Under the pieces are notes generated by a model. The model worked only from the letters and a program-made list of their open reading frames with translations. It ran no database searches and had not been told where the DNA came from. A stretch of 36,079 bases of DNA from Candidatus Binatia bacterium (GTDB lineage: Bacteria > Desulfobacterota > Binatia > Bin18). The translations under genes were made by a program, and so were the position numbers. This document shows, piece by piece, positions 8,760-17,537 of the stretch. The stretch spans positions 1 through 36,079 of the forward strand of contig CAXXHG010000013.1 in the NCBI GenBank assembly GCA_963666315.2, given 5' to 3'. Every line of letters begins with the position of its first letter. The first letter of the stretch is position 1.

Positions 8760-9020
8760 ATGGCTACACGCAAAGCTGCTAATCGCCGATTTGTCATCTG
8801 TGTGGACAACTCTGAATATCCCGCCTCATTGGAGTTGCGTAAGATTTATCAAGTATTACCCGACGAGGATGCTGCGAGGGATGGTGATTTGCGGGTGATC
8901 GATGAAAGTGGAGAAGATTACCTCTATCCAGCGGATTATCTCGTCCTGATAGAGGTGCCGAGCGAGACTGCTCGCGCCTTAAACCGGTCGTTCGCGCGAA
9001 GTGTTCAACCTGCCACCTAA
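8760..9020 (+). CDS. Small conserved hypothetical protein (TA-like gene-pair member)
   Basis: 86 aa with FVICVDNSEYPASLELRKIY and RVIDESGEDYLYP, which I recognise as a widespread uncharacterised family. Confidence 0.7.
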   Translation: MATRKAANRRFVICVDNSEYPASLELRKIYQVLPDEDAARDGDLRVIDESGEDYLYPADYLVLIEVPSETARALNRSFARSVQPAT

Positions 9021-9034
9021 TGAGGAAGTCCGCC

Positions 9035-10720
9035 ATGAGTTACGATTTGCTGATCAAAGACGCTCGGATTTGTGATGGTACTGGAAAGGCAATTTTTCAT
9101 GGGGCGGTCGGAGTCCAAGACGGCAAGATTGTGGATGTCGGCGAGGCTGTAGGATCCGCCAAACGCACGATCAATGCTGACGGCTGTGTGCTTGCGCCAG
9201 GCTTTATCGACATCCACACCCATTATGATGCCCAGGTCTCCTGGGACCCGCTGCTGACGTGTTCCGGTTGGCATGGGGTGACCAGCGTACTGATGGGCAA
9301 CTGCGGCGTGGGTGTTGCACCGTGTCGTCCGCAAGAGAAGGACATAGTCGCGTGGGACCTCGTCAATGTGGAGGCCATGCCGCACGATGTGCTGCTGAAT
9401 GGCGTGGCCTGGGACGAGTGGGAGAGCTTTCCGCAGTATATGCAGGCGATTGAAAGACGAGGTACGGCGCTCAATGTCGGCTTTCTCGTTCCGCTGTCGA
9501 GTTTTCGTTATTTTGTGATGGGTGCGCAGGCGTCTGAACGCGAGGCAAATGAAGACGAACTCAGCCGCATGCTGGCACTCTTCCGGGAGGCCATGCAAGC
9601 CGGGGCGTATGGCTATTCACTGAGTCTGCTTGACCAACACATCGGTTATCAGGGCAAACCCTTGGCCAGTCGCATGGCGACCCAAAAGGAACTCTGCGCG
9701 CTCGGCCGAGTGCTGCGAGATTTTGGCAAAGGTGTTATCGAGATTGCCCTGACGCGCAGTGTGAGCGTTTTGACCGAAGAAGAGCTTGAACTGCTGGTCA
9801 CGATTGCGACGGAGAGTCAGCGTCCGGTCACCTGGCTGGCCCTGCTTGGACGGTCGGATAAACCCGGCGTCTATCGTTCTGCCTTAGACCGCTTGGAGCC
9901 GCTGTTTCGAAAGGGCCTGCGGATTCCGCCTCAAGTCACACCCCGACCGATCCAGCAATATTACACGCTCAAGGTGCCCTTTATCTTTGCCAGCCTGCCG
10001 TCCTGGAAGGAAGCCTTTAATCGACCCGTCAATGACCAAATTGCGCTGTACAAAAAGCCGGAATTCCGGGAGGCGTTCCGGCGCGATTTGCAAGTCGGTG
10101 GCGCAATCTTTACCAACCAGTGGCATCAGGTGCATGTCGTCAAGGTTGAAAAGGCGCACAACAAAAAACATCTGAATAAGAGTATCGCCGACATTGCGGC
10201 CGAAACGAATAGTGACCCCATAGCTACGATACTCGACCTGGCGATTGATGAAAACCTGGAGATGGGGATTACGCTTTCGGTGATTAATACCAACCCGGAT
10301 GAAGTGCGGGAATTGATTACCCATCCCGACTGTCTTATCGGCCTGTCTGACGCGGGTGCGCATGTGGATCAACATTGTGATGCCGGTGTACCCACCTATC
10401 TGTTGGGCGAGTGGGTGCGCAAGCGAGAGGCTATGTCGCTTGAAGAAGGCGTACGACGACTGACGTCTGAACCGGCGACGTTTCTGAATCAACCCCATAA
10501 AGGTCGGCTCGCGCCGGGTTGTGATGCTGACCTCGTCATATTTGATCCGGACACCATAGGTCCCCGTCCGCCCGAATGGGTGCATGATCTGCCAGGAGAC
10601 AAACCGCGACTGATTGAGTATGCGACCGGCGTGCAGCACACTATTGTAGGCGGCGCCATTGTCTTCTCAGATAACGTACACCAGGGGGGACTTCCGGGCA
10701 GCGTTTTTAGGCCTGTGTAA
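9035..10720 (+). CDS. Amidohydrolase, N-acyl-D-amino-acid deacylase family (paralogue 1)
   Basis: PGFIDIHTHYD, HGVTSVLMGNCG, SDAGAH, DADLVIFDP; RBS GAGGA before ATG 9035. Confidence 0.9.
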   Translation: MSYDLLIKDARICDGTGKAIFHGAVGVQDGKIVDVGEAVGSAKRTINADGCVLAPGFIDIHTHYDAQVSWDPLLTCSGWHGVTSVLMGNCGVGVAPCRPQEKDIVAWDLVNVEAMPHDVLLNGVAWDEWESFPQYMQAIERRGTALNVGFLVPLSSFRYFVMGAQASEREANEDELSRMLALFREAMQAGAYGYSLSLLDQHIGYQGKPLASRMATQKELCALGRVLRDFGKGVIEIALTRSVSVLTEEELELLVTIATESQRPVTWLALLGRSDKPGVYRSALDRLEPLFRKGLRIPPQVTPRPIQQYYTLKVPFIFASLPSWKEAFNRPVNDQIALYKKPEFREAFRRDLQVGGAIFTNQWHQVHVVKVEKAHNKKHLNKSIADIAAETNSDPIATILDLAIDENLEMGITLSVINTNPDEVRELITHPDCLIGLSDAGAHVDQHCDAGVPTYLLGEWVRKREAMSLEEGVRRLTSEPATFLNQPHKGRLAPGCDADLVIFDPDTIGPRPPEWVHDLPGDKPRLIEYATGVQHTIVGGAIVFSDNVHQGGLPGSVFRPV

Positions 10721-10786
10721 GAGCCCTTCACAGAACAGGACAATGCTGCGGACGGGCGCTCGGCAAGGAGTTATGCGAAAAAGGCA

Positions 10787-11041
10787 TCAGTAGTGATATC
10801 TGAGCTGAGCGATGAGCAAAGAATCGGTTTCGACCCTATAAATGACACGATGCTCAATATCAATCCGGCGTGACCAGTAACCGGATAGCGCATGTTTCAA
10901 AGGCTAGGGCTTTCCAATTCCTTCAAACGGGGATCGTTGAATTTCACGAATAAGGAGGTTGCTACGCTTCAGTGTCTTGCGGTCAGTTTTCTGCCAGTAG
11001 AGATAATCTTCCCGAGCGGTTTCCGAAAAAATGAGTTTCAT
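10787..11041 (-). pseudogene. yoeB: YoeB/Txe toxin with amber stop at codon 46
   Basis: MKLIFSETAREDYLYWQKTDRKTLKR...[30 protein letters not shown]...QLRYHY, 84 codons, TAG at 10904-10906. Missing from the ORF track. Confidence 0.92.
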
Positions 11042-11289
11042 TCCTGAAGCTGCTTCTCCGTGCCACCCCTTGCATCCAATTCCTTAGTTGAATCGAGTAA
11101 TCTTCGGGCATTTTTCGGGCTACGGAGAAGATATGAGGTTTCTTCGAAGGCTTGGTAATCTTCGAGTGAAAGCATCACAACCGACCGATCATTCTTTTTA
11201 CTAATGATGACTGGTTCGCGATTTTCACAAACGGAATCAATAGTTTTTGCCAAATTGGCACGTGCGTGCGTGTAAGTTATCGCTTCCAT
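11038..11289 (-). CDS. yefM: YefM/Phd antitoxin
   Basis: MEAITYTHARANLAKTIDSVC...VVMLSLEDY...EETSYLLRSPKNARRL; ATGA overlap with yoeB. Confidence 0.92.
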   Translation of the reverse strand: MEAITYTHARANLAKTIDSVCENREPVIISKKNDRSVVMLSLEDYQAFEETSYLLRSPKNARRLLDSTKELDARGGTEKQLQE

Positions 11290-11382
11290 AGGACAACTTG
11301 CAAATACATATCGCACTGTATCATGTGCAGAAAAATAACATTACATAACAAGACCGTCAACTCCGCAGCGGGTCCCTTAGAA

Positions 11383-12032
11383 ATGGCGATGCCGATGCCT
11401 GAGATGTCTGCTGAAGTGCAGAAAGCCTACAACGTGTGGGTGCATCAATACGATACCAATGCAAATTCGACGCGAGATTTCAACGCGAAGGTACTCCGCC
11501 AGCAGACATTCGACCTTGCCGGCAAGTCAATCCTAGAGATTGGATGTGGAACAGGATTCAATACGGTCTGGCTTGCTAAGCGAGCACAATTTGTCGTTGG
11601 GGTGGATATTGCGGAAGGCATGCTCCGGAAGGCCCATCGTCGTCTGGACGCATTGAACGTATGTGTTCTGCAAGCAGACATCACGAAACCGTGGGTGTTT
11701 GATCAGGCGTTCGACCATATCGTAGCCAACTTAGTGCTGGAGCATGTACAAGATCTTGCGCACGTGTTTAACGAGGCTCACTCTGTCCTCCGCCCAGCGG
11801 CTTGTTTTACATTGGCGAGTTGCACCCCTGTAAGCAGGTTCAAGGCGCGCAGGCAAAGTATCGTGATGCCGAGACGAGAAAAGAAGTACTCGTGCCTTCC
11901 TTTCTCCATCACATCTCCGAGTATATAAACACAGGCATTGAGGCTGGCTTTACGCTGCGCCACATAGGCGAGTGGCAGAAAGAAGCAGATGCTGATTTTC
12001 AGCTCTTGACGCTACTTTTTGAGCGTACGTGA
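11383..12032 (+). pseudogene. Class I SAM-dependent methyltransferase, frameshifted
   Basis: ILEIGCGTG, GVDIAEGML, LVLEHV in one frame. A 1-nt loss near 11797 separates LRP from GLFYIGELHP in ORF 11802..12032. Exact start is uncertain. Confidence 0.8.
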
Positions 12033-12139
12033 TCGAGACGAGCGGCACATAATAATCACGCTATGAGGGCGTACTCCCATTGGGAGCAGGATTTTGATAT
12101 AGCTCACAGATCAAACAAATCCGCTACGATGAGCAGGAT

Positions 12140-12424
12140 ATGCTGACTTATAAGGCAATGTATAAATTCCTCGATCAAGGGGTCCACGCCGAGGTGTTAG
12201 ATTTTCCGGGCACTATTACCTTCGGTGCAAGCCTGGAGGAAGCACGGCGATTGCTAGCGAGTGCATTGGCGGACATGGCCGAGACGAATCTGCTGAAGGG
12301 CGAATCTTTACCGCAGCCCGACCCCTCACGTACTGATCCGGAAGCTGACTTGGAGGAGCCGATCCACTTGCTGTTGACAGCAGCGTCCCATGTCAGGATC
12401 GTCCCCCAGACATCTGTTCCATGA
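12140..12424 (+). CDS. hicB: HicB-family antitoxin (short, no obvious DNA-binding domain)
   Basis: DFPGTITFGASLEEARRLLASAL...GESLPQP. Confidence 0.8.
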   Translation: MLTYKAMYKFLDQGVHAEVLDFPGTITFGASLEEARRLLASALADMAETNLLKGESLPQPDPSRTDPEADLEEPIHLLLTAASHVRIVPQTSVP

Positions 12425-12609
12425 AATGGCGCGATCTGCTTCGACACATGCGTCAATCCGGATGTCGATTCGTGCGCGAAGGAGGAGAACATTCGATTTG
12501 GGAGAATCCGGTCGCCAACAGCCGTACTTCGGTCCCTCGCCATCGTGAGATTCCTGAGTTCACTGCCACTCGGATTTGCAAGCAACTTGGTATCCCCGTG
12601 CCTTCATGA
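12421..12609 (+). CDS. hicA: HicA-family mRNA interferase toxin
   Basis: 62 aa, REGGEHSIW, VPRHREI, ICKQLGI; ATGA overlap with hicB. Confidence 0.88.
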   Translation: MKWRDLLRHMRQSGCRFVREGGEHSIWENPVANSRTSVPRHREIPEFTATRICKQLGIPVPS

Positions 12610-12643
12610 TTGTTCTGTAACCAACGAGAGCCGCAAGTAGCGC

Positions 12644-13378
12644 TTACCCACTCCCAAACCTCTCGAATATCCCGCTGAACGCCTTCCGCTCCGGGGGACG
12701 GTAAGTCTTATACTTGCTCGTGGTCTTGCCCAATTCGACCAGGGATTCAGCAAGCTTCACACCGCATACGACACCGTCGAGTACGGGGATCTCCAGCTCC
12801 TGTTCCAGACTTTGGGCAAATTGGGTGAAGCCGGCGCAGCCGAGTAGAATGGCTTCGGCATCGTCTTCGTCCCTGGCCGCACGCGCTTCAATGCGCAGCT
12901 TCTCCAATGCTCCGGCCGGATCTTTCTCTATATCAAGAACGTAGAGCGGAGAGGTACGGATACTGACGACCTTATCCCGAAAGCCGTAGCCGACGACCAT
13001 TTCCTCCAGCATGGTACGCGTGCGCGGAATAACGGTCACGATAGAGAATCGGGCAGCGAGCATGGCGGCCATATACAACGAGGCTTCGGCAATGCCGATC
13101 ACCGGCTTGGTCGTGAGTTCGCGCGCAGCGTGCAGCCCGGGGTCACCATAGCAGGCGATGATATAGGCGTCGTAGTCTTCTCCCTCGCCTTTATGGATCT
13201 CCTCAAGGATGCCCGGAATGCACAAGTAGTCGTCGTAATAGGATTCGATCGAGGCGGGTCCAAAGGTCGGACTGACGCAGACGATTTCCGTTCCCTGACG
13301 CGCCACAGATCGACCCGCTGCATCAATGGAGCGCGTCATCTCCAAGGACGTGTTAGGGTTGATGATCTTGATTTTCAT
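12644..13378 (-). CDS. Hydantoin/allantoin racemase (Asp/Glu/hydantoin racemase family)
   Basis: IINPNTS, catalytic Cys motifs IACYGDPG and LGCAG, PVLDGV. Confidence 0.9.
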   Translation of the reverse strand: MKIKIINPNTSLEMTRSIDAAGRSVARQGTEIVCVSPTFGPASIESYYDDYLCIPGILEEIHKGEGEDYDAYIIACYGDPGLHAARELTTKPVIGIAEASLYMAAMLAARFSIVTVIPRTRTMLEEMVVGYGFRDKVVSIRTSPLYVLDIEKDPAGALEKLRIEARAARDEDDAEAILLGCAGFTQFAQSLEQELEIPVLDGVVCGVKLAESLVELGKTTSKYKTYRPPERKAFSGIFERFGSG

Positions 13379-14601
13379 GCAAAGTTCCCCTTTTTTGCTA
13401 TCAATCCGATCGTGTCAGCCAGAACGTCTGCACCCAGACAGATATCTTCGTCACTTGTGTTTTCGGCGATGTCGTGGCTACGTCCACCTATACTGGGAAT
13501 AAACAGCATGCCAGTCGGAACGTAACGGCTCAGCACCATGGCGTCATGACCCGCGCCGCTTGGCATGCGCAGGGCCGGGATGCCACGATTTTTGGTTGCA
13601 GCCTCGATATTGTCCACAAGACCGCTATCCATATCTGCCGGTGTTATATTGATCAGCCGTTGCGCCTGTACGCCTACTCCCTGCTGACCGTTCGCTGTTT
13701 TCACTGCCGCGTGTATTTCCGCTTCCAAACGATCCAGTACGGCGAGCTGCGGGTCACGAAATTCGACAAGAACCTGGGCTGAACTGGGCACAACGTTGCC
13801 TACGCCCGGCTCAAAGGCAATATGGCCCAGATTCCAAACACTCAGCTCGCTACGGGCATGTTCCAACCGTTGCAGGAGATCTGCGCAGATCTTAATTAAG
13901 GCGGCTCCGGCATCTTTGCGCAGGCGCATGGGCGTGGTACCGGCATGATCTGCCTGGCCGCTGCAGGTGATCCGCGCACGGCGAATGCCGACAATGGCCG
14001 TCACTAAGCCGATCTTTTTTGCTTCAACCTCAAGTAGCGGTCCTTGCTCAATATGGCCTTCAAGGTAAGCGCGGTGCCGTTCGGGATCGATGCGCACTCG
14101 TGTCTGGCCGGCATAGCCCGCTTCGTCGAGTGCGTGTCTCAGCGGGAGGCCCTGTTTATTTTTTGCTGCGTCTATGTCTGCATCGGTTAACTCACCGCAA
14201 AACGAGAGACTGCCGGCCAGGGCCCTATAGGTTCCTTCTTCATCTGCAAAGGAGATGACGTCAACGCCGAGATGACGAAGCGCATTCGACTCATTCCGCG
14301 CCCGCGCGATCTCCAGCCCATACAACACCCCCATGGCTCCATCCAGCCAGCCGCCCTTGGGAACGGAGTCCGTATGGGAACCAATCAAAACCGCTTGTTC
14401 CACTCCCTTAGACCGACCATACACATTGCCGATTCCGTCGATTTCGGCCTCCAGCCCAGCCTCGCGCATTTGTTGCAATAGCCACTGACGGGCCGCCTGA
14501 TCTTCGGGGCTGAAGGACAAGCGGTTGACACCCGTGCCGACTTTGCCGAACTGGGCGAGCCGGTGGAGGTCACTCAGCAGACGGGCGTTATTGATTTTCA
14601 T
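13375..14601 (-). CDS. M20 Zn-dependent hydrolase, N-carbamoyl-L-amino acid/allantoate amidohydrolase family
   Basis: DGIGN, GSHTDSVPKGGWLDG, DEEG, EGHIEQGP, HAGTTPM, SGAGHDA. Confidence 0.92.
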   Translation of the reverse strand: MKINNARLLSDLHRLAQFGKVGTGVNRLSFSPEDQAARQWLLQQMREAGLEAEIDGIGNVYGRSKGVEQAVLIGSHTDSVPKGGWLDGAMGVLYGLEIARARNESNALRHLGVDVISFADEEGTYRALAGSLSFCGELTDADIDAAKNKQGLPLRHALDEAGYAGQTRVRIDPERHRAYLEGHIEQGPLLEVEAKKIGLVTAIVGIRRARITCSGQADHAGTTPMRLRKDAGAALIKICADLLQRLEHARSELSVWNLGHIAFEPGVGNVVPSSAQVLVEFRDPQLAVLDRLEAEIHAAVKTANGQQGVGVQAQRLINITPADMDSGLVDNIEAATKNRGIPALRMPSGAGHDAMVLSRYVPTGMLFIPSIGGRSHDIAENTSDEDICLGADVLADTIGLIAKKGNFA

Positions 14602-14673
14602 GGACGTATCCTTGTCTCGTACTCCGTTTTGCTCAGTATGAGACAGGGCTATCTCACGGAAGTTTGTGAAAGT

Positions 14674-14745
14674 CTATCCCGCTGTTCGGCGAAGTTCTCT
14701 CTCATCCGTAAGCCAGATCAAGACATGCGTGTCCAGCAGCGTCAC
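14674..14745 (-). pseudogene. vapC: 5' stub of a VapC/PIN toxin
   Basis: GTG overlapping the antitoxin stop gives VTLLDTHVLIWLT (PIN N-terminus), then unrelated sequence and a stop after 23 codons. Confidence 0.75.
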
Positions 14746-14968
14746 TGCAGGGCGTCCCAGTCTGTATCAATTGGAGAGACGATATCGTCAAGAATGTCAA
14801 TGGAGCCTTTGAGCGCTCCATAGAGCGTTTTTGGCTTCGTACGATAGGGACGCGTTGGCTGACCGGCTTCCCATTTTTGGTGATGACAACAGATTCTCCG
14901 GTTTTAGCCACCTCGTCCATGAGTTGGAGACATGTTGCTACAAATTCGGAAGCTTTGATTGTTTTCAC
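14742..14968 (-). pseudogene. Phd/YefM-family antitoxin, frameshifted
   Basis: MKTIKASEF..CLQLMDEVAKTGESVVITKNGKPV. Restoring one C near 14848 gives PYRTKPKTLYGALKGSIDILDDIVSPIDTDWDALQ-stop at 14742-14744. Confidence 0.82.
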
Positions 14969-14984
14969 CTTTTTACCTCGTATG

Positions 14985-15003
14985 TGACCATGGACATGAC
15001 CAT
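14985..15003. promoter_or_regulatory. Candidate antitoxin operator (TGACCAT x2, 12-bp period)
   Basis: Direct repeats forming imperfect palindromes just upstream of the phd RBS. Confidence 0.45.
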
Positions 15004-15095
15004 AGTAATGATAAATGTGATCAGAGAAAAAGAGGGGTTGTCGTCCGCCCTATGATTCAATCCCCGGCAGCGTACGTGCAGCACTCTGGCCCGAT

Positions 15096-15118
15096 GGAGG
15101 GGCAGGGTCTCCCTGCCC
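15096..15118. repeat. Degenerate REP half-element
   Basis: GGAG-GGGCAGGG-TCT-CCCTGCCC, nearly identical to the left hairpin of the REP at 25664. Confidence 0.6.
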
Positions 15119-15345
15119 AGGGAAGTTTCAATTTCCTTCCTCACCCCTTTGATCCGAGACTTGAAGGTTTGAGGAAAAAGATGTTACCATTTTATGCGTT
15201 TTGGCAGGCTGAAGAGCTATTTCGTATTCAGAGTTCGCTTGTAAGAAGTTGCAGTGTTTGCCCCTTCCATCTGGCAGTCGAATTCTAATTATACGGTATG
15301 AAGCGATGTTGTAACATCAATTATTTTCATAAGGAATCTGATTAA

Positions 15346-15600
15346 GTGAAAAAAATAATAATTACAGGAGCAAATAGAGGCATAGGTCTAGAGATAACGA
15401 AGCTTTTTTTGCGTGTAGATAAACACGTTGTCGCCACGTGTCGAAACCCTAAAGAGTCAATAGAACTTCAAGGGCTAGCTGAATGCCAGGAGACTAAGCG
15501 TCGTTCAGCTTGAAGTTACTGATTCTGATTCAATAACAAACTTCTGCGATAGTTGATCTGGCCAAACTATTGATGTTCTCATTAACTATGGAACAGTCAG
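15346..15600 (+). pseudogene. AT-rich SDR oxidoreductase fragment (CsgA/C-factor-like)
   Basis: VKKIIITGANRGIGLEIT...VVATCRNP, frameshift near 15490, VVQLEVTDSDSI, TGA at 15554-15556, GQTIDVLINYG, then truncated. Missing from the ORF track. Confidence 0.8.
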
Positions 15601-15710
15601 GCCGATTCTGGACATGGCAGGGTAATGAGCAACCGTGGTAAAGCCCAAGGCGGGTATATAGCCTTGCCGTCTGGTTGAATCGGGTAAAAGAGGGACCAAG
15701 ATTCAGAAAT

Positions 15711-17537
15711 TCATTCTCGTTTTTTTCTACGACACGCCTCTGTTGCCTGGAGGTCCAGCTGTCCGTCTGGCGTGATAATGACACCATAATCGCGCTGTGC
15801 TGTGGCTGCTGTGTAGTATTCGTCCAGCACGTCCTCAAGGACTTGGTGCGGGTCGCGCAGTAGCGGGTCTCCATACCCACCACCTGTTGCGCCGACCGTG
15901 ATGAGGCGCTCGCCGGCTTTGACGCTGCGATAGGGAACTTTCGAGGGTAAGGCGACTTCTTCGCCGTCGAGCGTTTTCAGGCTGAGGGTGCCTGGTATGC
16001 CGGTGCCACCGCCGTCATAGCCCCAGGCGCCATACACGAAACCGTCGGCTTCCACCGACGTGCCGCCGTCGCTGAGATAATGCAGTTCCTTAATAGACCC
16101 CATGCCGCCACGCCACTGTCCTGGGGCACACGCGTCTTCGCGCAGCTCATAGCGTTCGATCCGGAGCGGGACGTGCGACTCAACATCCTCGATGGGATTA
16201 TTGCGGGTGTTGGCATAGAGCGTGTCAACGGTGTCCATGCCGTCGTGACCGTGGCGTCCGCCGTAGCTGCCTTCAAAGATTTCGAGGTGCACCCACGGGT
16301 TGCTCTCACGCCGCATCCCGCTTGAGGCGATGGCTTTGAGATTTCCTATCCCGGCGCAGACCTGATGTGGGACGGCTTGGGCGAGGGCTTTCATGACCGT
16401 ATCGCTCAACACGTTGCCGGTTACAAAACGAGCGATGGTTGGAGCGGGAAAAATCGGGTTGGCCAGAGTACCGCGTGGCGCAACGATCTCAATAGGCCGA
16501 TACAGTCCGGCGTTTTGCGGCAAATCGCCATAGATCTCGGTGTCCAGCAGGACAGAGCGGAGAACCAGCCAAATGGCGACATCAACCGTGCCGACAAGCG
16601 GCATATTGATGGGTCGGTCAGGCACCTGCGGAGCCGTGCCGGTCAGATCCACAGTAAGATCGCTACCGTTCATCGTCAGCGTCACACAAATTGGGAGATT
16701 GCGTCGGCTGGGGCTGGGATCATCAATATAGCCGTCCATATGTCCGGTGGCGGAATAGCTGCCGTCCGGAATCTTCTGGATCGCCTGGCGCATCAAGCGC
16801 TCCGAGTAGTCAAACAACGAGGTGCTCGCCGCTTCAATGGTTTTCAGCCCGTATCGCTCGATCAACTCGATATAGCGCCCCGCCCCGATCCGACAGGCGG
16901 CAATCTGGGCCTCCATATCGCCGACGACCAGGTCGGAGATGCGGATATTATCCCGGAGGAGTTGCCAGACTGTGGCATTTCTTTTCCCCCGGTCATAGAC
17001 TTTAATCGCCTTGAATTGCAAGCCCTCGGCATACGCGTCAAACGCTTCGACAATGCCCGTACTGCCTGGAGTTTGACACCCGATATCGAGATGGTGGGCG
17101 GTGGTGACCGAAAAGCCAACCAGTTTGTCCTGATAGAAAATGGGCACACAAAAGCCGACATCCGGCCCATGGCTCGCGCCGCCATACGGATCGTTATGCA
17201 TGATGACATCGCCCGGTAAGATGGGCTCACCGCGCTGGCTGAGTGTCTGCAGTATGCCCCGAACGTAGCCGGGAATAGGACCGGACTGCAGGGGCGTGCT
17301 CTGCTTGGACTCGCACAGTTGTTCACCCTGGGCATTGACCAGGGCAGTCCCGAAGTCTTCAGATTCTCGAATAATGCTGGAATACGACATGCGCATGAGC
17401 TTATAGCCCATCTCGACAGCGATATTTTCGAGCGCGCCAAGAATGACGCTGGCCGTAATCGGGTCAATTGGATTACGGCCAGCTCCGTCTTGCGCTTTCT
17501 TTTCGTGAGTGTCTGCCTCGCTCCGCGTCGCACTCAT
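15711..17537 (-). CDS. hyuB: Hydantoinase B/oxoprolinase family subunit (set 1)
   Basis: SSIIRESEDF, PGDVIMHNDPYGGASH, AHHLDIG, EGLQ, GQWRGG, GGGYGDP. ATG 17537 overlaps the hyuA stop (ATGA). Confidence 0.9.
   Translation of the reverse strand: MSATRSEADTHEKKAQDGAGRNPIDPITASVILGALENIAVEMGYKLMRMSYSSIIRESEDFGTALVNAQGEQLCESKQSTPLQSGPIPGYVRGILQTLSQRGEPILPGDVIMHNDPYGGASHGPDVGFCVPIFYQDKLVGFSVTTAHHLDIGCQTPGSTGIVEAFDAYAEGLQFKAIKVYDRGKRNATVWQLLRDNIRISDLVVGDMEAQIAACRIGAGRYIELIERYGLKTIEAASTSLFDYSERLMRQAIQKIPDGSYSATGHMDGYIDDPSPSRRNLPICVTLTMNGSDLTVDLTGTAPQVPDRPINMPLVGTVDVAIWLVLRSVLLDTEIYGDLPQNAGLYRPIEIVAPRGTLANPIFPAPTIARFVTGNVLSDTVMKALAQAVPHQVCAGIGNLKAIASSGMRRESNPWVHLEIFEGSYGGRHGHDGMDTVDTLYANTRNNPIEDVESHVPLRIERYELREDACAPGQWRGGMGSIKELHYLSDGGTSVEADGFVYGAWGYDGGGTGIPGTLSLKTLDGEEVALPSKVPYRSVKAGERLITVGATGGGYGDPLLRDPHQVLEDVLDEYYTAATAQRDYGVIITPDGQLDLQATEACRRKKRE

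Larger units (their letters stand above)
10770..11383 (+). mobile_element. Integron gene-cassette-like remnant carrying inverted yefM-yoeB
   Basis: GTTATGC at 10770-10776 and near-complementary ACATAAC at 11343-11349, followed by AAGACCGTCAACTCCGCAGCGGGT (attC left-arm-like, right arm incomplete). Confidence 0.45.

Noticed and set aside
12044-12070. attC after the methyltransferase (ACATAAT-AATCACGCT)
   Set aside because: Only a partial left core, with no complementary right arm.
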